Shown here piece after piece: positions 36,439-39,891 of a DNA stretch of 39,891 bases. This stretch comes from Acidobacteriota bacterium. GTDB taxonomy: Bacteria; Acidobacteriota; UBA6911; JACQSX01. The stretch covers positions 1 to 39,891 of the forward strand of contig DASXQR010000024.1 in NCBI GenBank assembly GCA_036507075.1. Reading direction: 5' to 3'. Positions within the stretch are counted from its first letter, which is position 1, and each line of letters starts with the position of its first letter. The translations under genes were made by a program, and so were the position numbers. The notes under the pieces are model-generated. The model was not told the origin of the DNA, searched no databases, and saw only the letters and a program-made list of their open reading frames with translations.

Positions 36439-39400
36439 ATGAATACTTTCCGGCGGCTCGCATCTTTCCTCTCCTTTCTGCTCGTACTCTCCGTTCCAAG
36501 TTTGGCGCAGTTGAGCACCGGTTCGATGTCAGGAACGGTGACCGACAGCAGCGGCGCAGCCGTTGGGGGGGCGACGGTGACGGCCACGCAGACAAACACT
36601 GGACGCACCCTGGTGACCGTAACCACGGAGGCCGGGCTGTACGCATTCCCCAATCTCGATGTCGGTCCGTACACACTCTCCGTTGAGAAGTCGGGTTTCA
36701 AAAAGTACTCTCATCCCAACATCGTCATCTCCATTTCGACCAAGACCGTCGTAGACGCCGCGCTCGAAGTCGGTGACGTGGCCGCCGAGAGCGTGACGGT
36801 CACCGCCGAAGCGCCACTGCTGCAGAAAGCATCGAGCGAGGTCGGCACGAGCTTCTCCCCAAAGCTCTTCAGGGAAGCCCCGATCTATGCCGGCGGACTT
36901 CGCAATCCTGAGGCGTTCATCGGGTTCCAGGCCGGCGTCGTCAATGGCGCGGGGGCCGAAGGCGGTATTTCCGGCGGCGCGCGCCGGTCGAAGGAGATCC
37001 TGATCGATGGCGCGAATGCGACCAATCCCGAATCGGGCGGCGTGGCTTTCAACGGTCTGCCGTCGGTCGAGGCTCTGGGCGAGTTCAAGCTCATTAACAA
37101 TACCTTCGCGGCCGAGTACGGGCGCACCGGCGGCGGCATCGAATCGTTCGTGACCACCTCGGGCGGCAACCGGTTCCACGGCAACGTCTTTGACTACCAC
37201 ACCTCGAGCGCCCTAAGCGCGAACTCCTGGGCCAACAACGCTTCGAGAGTCCGGAAACCGTCCTATCACGGCAATGAGTACGGATTTGCGCTCGGCGGCC
37301 CGATCTGGGTGCCGAAAGTGTACGACGGCAAGGACAGGACATTTTTCTTCTTCGCCCTGGACAACTACCGCCGGACAGACTCATCCTCCCGGTTTCTCAA
37401 TCTGCCGACTGCGAAGCAGCGAACGGGGGATTTTTCGGAGTTGCTCCCGGGCCGCGTCATTTACGATCCGCTGACCGGGCAGCCGTTCGCCGGCAATATC
37501 ATTCCGCAAAACCGGTTGAGCTCCGTGAGCAAGAACGTGGTTGCCGTCGTTCCGCAACCGACAAACGGTAGTCTGCAGCAGAATTACCTGGCGACCACGA
37601 CGTCCCGCAACCAGTCCGATTCGTGGAGCCTCAAGGTCAGCCACAACTTCACCAACAAGCACCTGCTCAACGCCTACTACTCAAGCCAGGATCTCTCGAG
37701 CCTGGTAGACGGCCCTTTGCCCAGCCCGCTCCTTGGCGCGGGCGGCGGTGCGGTCAGCGCCAACAGGCCGATCTTCGCCCGCTTCAACTATGACTGGATT
37801 TTTACGCCCGTTCTGAGTCTCCACATGACGTACGGCGCAACGAGACTCCGGCAGTACTTCGACAATCAGAGCGTCGGCAAGGGTTGGCCCCAGAAACTCG
37901 GACTGAAAGGCGTGGCCGAAGGGGAAACCAGCGCCTTTCCGGTCGTTCAGTTCACCGACGGCCGGTATGCGAACTACGCCGACACGAACGGAACCAAGAC
38001 CAAAGGAACTCAGTTCAACTACACCGACCACATCCGCGGCGATCTGAGCTGGGTCCGGGGCAACTTCAGCTGGAAGTTCGGCGCTGACCATCGCTGGATG
38101 CGGACAACGGGCATCAAGCTTCCAACCGGCGGCGCCGATGATGCCGGCGTGCAGGGAGTGTTCAACTTCTCCAACCTCCAGACGGCATCCCCGACTGCCA
38201 CCAGCACAACTGGAGATTCGTACGCCAGCTTCCTCCTCGGTCTTGTCGACAACGCCTCGCGCACATTCAACGCGAGCTTCGCGGCGGCAAAGTTCGGCTA
38301 TCACGCCTGGTACGCCCTGACGGACTGGAAGGCTCGTCCCAACCTGACGCTCAATCTCGGGTTCCGATACGAGATCCCGGTCCCGCGTTCCACCGAGCCG
38401 GACTCCTTCACGTCGTTCGATCCGAACCTGACCGATCCCAAGTCCGGGCTGAAAGGCGCGCTTGCCTACGCCGGGGATTGCAACGGCTGCACCGGCAAGA
38501 GCCGTTTCGGCAAAATCGATTACTCGTCGTGGGGACCGCGCCTGGGATTGGCCTGGTCGCCGCAGCAGAAGACCGTAGTGCGCGCGGGATATGGCATTTA
38601 TTACGCGGCAGGCAACGGCCTCACCGGTGGATTCTGCATCCGTTGCCAGAACGGGTACTCGACCACGGCGGGGCTGTCACGCCCCTCGACGACCGGTGCT
38701 GCATTCAATTGGGACAACGGGTTCGTGCCTCCTGCGGGCTTCCAGGCGCCTCCGATCATCAGCCCCTCGGCGGGGAACACTGCGGACGACATCTGGTATA
38801 TCACTCCGGACTCCGGCAAGGCGCCGCGGCTGCACAACTGGGCCTTCAGCGTTCAGCGCGAGCTGCCGTGGAAGCTCGTGGGTGAAGTTGCCTACATCGG
38901 CAATCGCGGCACGCGCCTCTCCGTAAACCACCGGCCGCTGAACCATCTCGATCCGAAGTACTATGCGCTCGGCGACCTGCTGAACAGACGGATTGATGAC
39001 CCGTCGGTTGTGGCGGCCGGTTACAAGTCACCGTATCCGAACTTCATCGCGGACTGGGGCTCCGGTGCGACGCTGGCGCGCGCGCTGCGTCCTTATCCCC
39101 ATGTCAACGGGCCGGTAAACAACGAGTACAATCCGATCGGCAACTCTTGGTACGATTCGCTTCAGATTAAACTGGATCGCCGCTTCGGCGGCCTGGTCTC
39201 CGAGTTCAACTACACCTGGTCTAAGGCGCTCACCAACGCATCCGGTTCCCAGACGAGCGGCGACTATAACAACCGCAATCCGAAGACCGACAATCCGTTT
39301 GCACCGGATGTACTGTCCCGGGAAAAGAGCTTCCAGTACACGGACTATCCCCACATTTTCAACGTCGTGGCGGCTTGGGATTTGCCCTTCGGGATGGGCA

Positions 39401-39891
39401 AACGATTCCTGAGCGGGAATACGGTTCTGGATCGGGTCGTCGGCGGATGGACGATGACATTCTCCGGCAGCTACACCTCGGGCGCGCTGATCCTGCTGAA
39501 TGCGCCGCTGACCTATCCCAACTGGGGAGGCTTCCTCTACGGTCGCAAGAAGGTCAACCTGACGGGCCAGCCGATCCGGACGAACGTGAGCCGCGGCGAT
39601 CTCGACCCGCGCAACACCAGTATCCGCTGGCTCAATCCCGGTCTGTTCAGTATCCCGGGAACGTACGAGCTCGGATCTGCGCCGGTCTATGTCCACGAGC
39701 TGCGAGACCCGAACGCCTACAACGACAACATGGGATTCATCAAGCGCACGACGATCACAGAGAGCGTCAACTTCGAGATTCGCGGTGAATTCTTCAATAT
39801 TTTCAACCGCACAAACTTCGGACTGGGCGGCACGCCGCCCCGACCGAACGTGCTCGATCTCACCAGATTTGGTGTCGCGAACGGGCCGCGC
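36439..39891 (+). CDS. Oar-like TonB-dependent receptor (runs off the window end; absent from the ORF track)
   Basis: GGAGG RBS; MNTFRRLASFL...AQLSTGSMSGTVTDSSGAAV, PFAGNIIP, LTLNLGFRYE and EFFNIFNRTNF. Confidence 0.93.
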   Translation, partial: MNTFRRLASFLSFLLVLSVPSLAQLSTGSMSGTVTDSSGAAVGGATVTATQTNTGRTLVTVTTEAGLYAFPNLDVGPYTLSVEKSGFKKYSHPNIVISISTKTVVDAALEVGDVAAESVTVTAEAPLLQKASSEVGTSFSPKLFREAPIYAGGLRNPEAFIGFQAGVVNGAGAEGGISGGARRSKEILIDGANATNPESGGVAFNGLPSVEALGEFKLINNTFAAEYGRTGGGIESFVTTSGGNRFHGNVFDYHTSSALSANSWANNASRVRKPSYHGNEYGFALGGPIWVPKVYDGKDRTFFFFALDNYRRTDSSSRFLNLPTAKQRTGDFSELLPGRVIYDPLTGQPFAGNIIPQNRLSSVSKNVVAVVPQPTNGSLQQNYLATTTSRNQSDSWSLKVSHNFTNKHLLNAYYSSQDLSSLVDGPLPSPLLGAGGGAVSANRPIFARFNYDWIFTPVLSLHMTYGATRLRQYFDNQSVGKGWPQKLGLKGVAEGETSAFPVVQFTDGRYANYADTNGTKTKGTQFNYTDHIRGDLSWVRGNFSWKFGADHRWMRTTGIKLPTGGADDAGVQGVFNFSNLQTASPTATSTTGDSYASFLLGLVDNASRTFNASFAAAKFGYHAWYALTDWKARPNLTLNLGFRYEIPVPRSTEPDSFTSFDPNLTDPKSGLKGALAYAGDCNGCTGKSRFGKIDYSSWGPRLGLAWSPQQKTVVRAGYGIYYAAGNGLTGGFCIRCQNGYSTTAGLSRPSTTGAAFNWDNGFVPPAGFQAPPIISPSAGNTADDIWYITPDSGKAPRLHNWAFSVQRELPWKLVGEVAYIGNRGTRLSVNHRPLNHLDPKYYALGDLLNRRIDDPSVVAAGYKSPYPNFIADWGSGATLARALRPYPHVNGPVNNEYNPIGNSWYDSLQIKLDRRFGGLVSEFNYTWSKALTNASGSQTSGDYNNRNPKTDNPFAPDVLSREKSFQYTDYPHIFNVVAAWDLPFGMGKRFLSGNTVLDRVVGGWTMTFSGSYTSGALILLNAPLTYPNWGGFLYGRKKVNLTGQPIRTNVSRGDLDPRNTSIRWLNPGLFSIPGTYELGSAPVYVHELRDPNAYNDNMGFIKRTTITESVNFEIRGEFFNIFNRTNFGLGGTPPRPNVLDLTRFGVANGPR

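Overview
A GC-rich bacterial window, most likely Acidobacteriota. This is inferred from two Oar-like TonB-dependent receptors, two Acidobacteria-type VWA proteins, a CRTAC1/ASPIC-UnbV protein and a tricorn protease. It holds about 20 apparently intact genes, mostly for secreted hydrolases and glycan uptake or catabolism. These include a His1-type LPMO-like protein, a PL11-like lyase, and a cluster bracketed by two TonB-dependent receptors with a dehydratase, two deacetylases and a heparinase II/III-like protein. I found no rRNA, tRNA or CRISPR array. The most distinctive signal is non-coding: many intergenic gaps carry palindromic elements from at least five families. They are oriented GAATGCG heptamer inverted arrays, 9-mer CAC(G/A)AA inverted arrays, three-hairpin REP/REPIN-like doublets, GGGACAGA palindromes and a GTAG-type REP doublet, and several are nested inside one another. 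One REP doublet (5858-6410) encloses what looks like a decayed IS200-like (Y1/RAYT) tnpA. Two gene-fragment junctions (about 13060 and about 25800) and a TonB_C / ExbD-like / TonB_C fusion also deserve a second look. All family assignments come from motifs read by eye; no database search was run.
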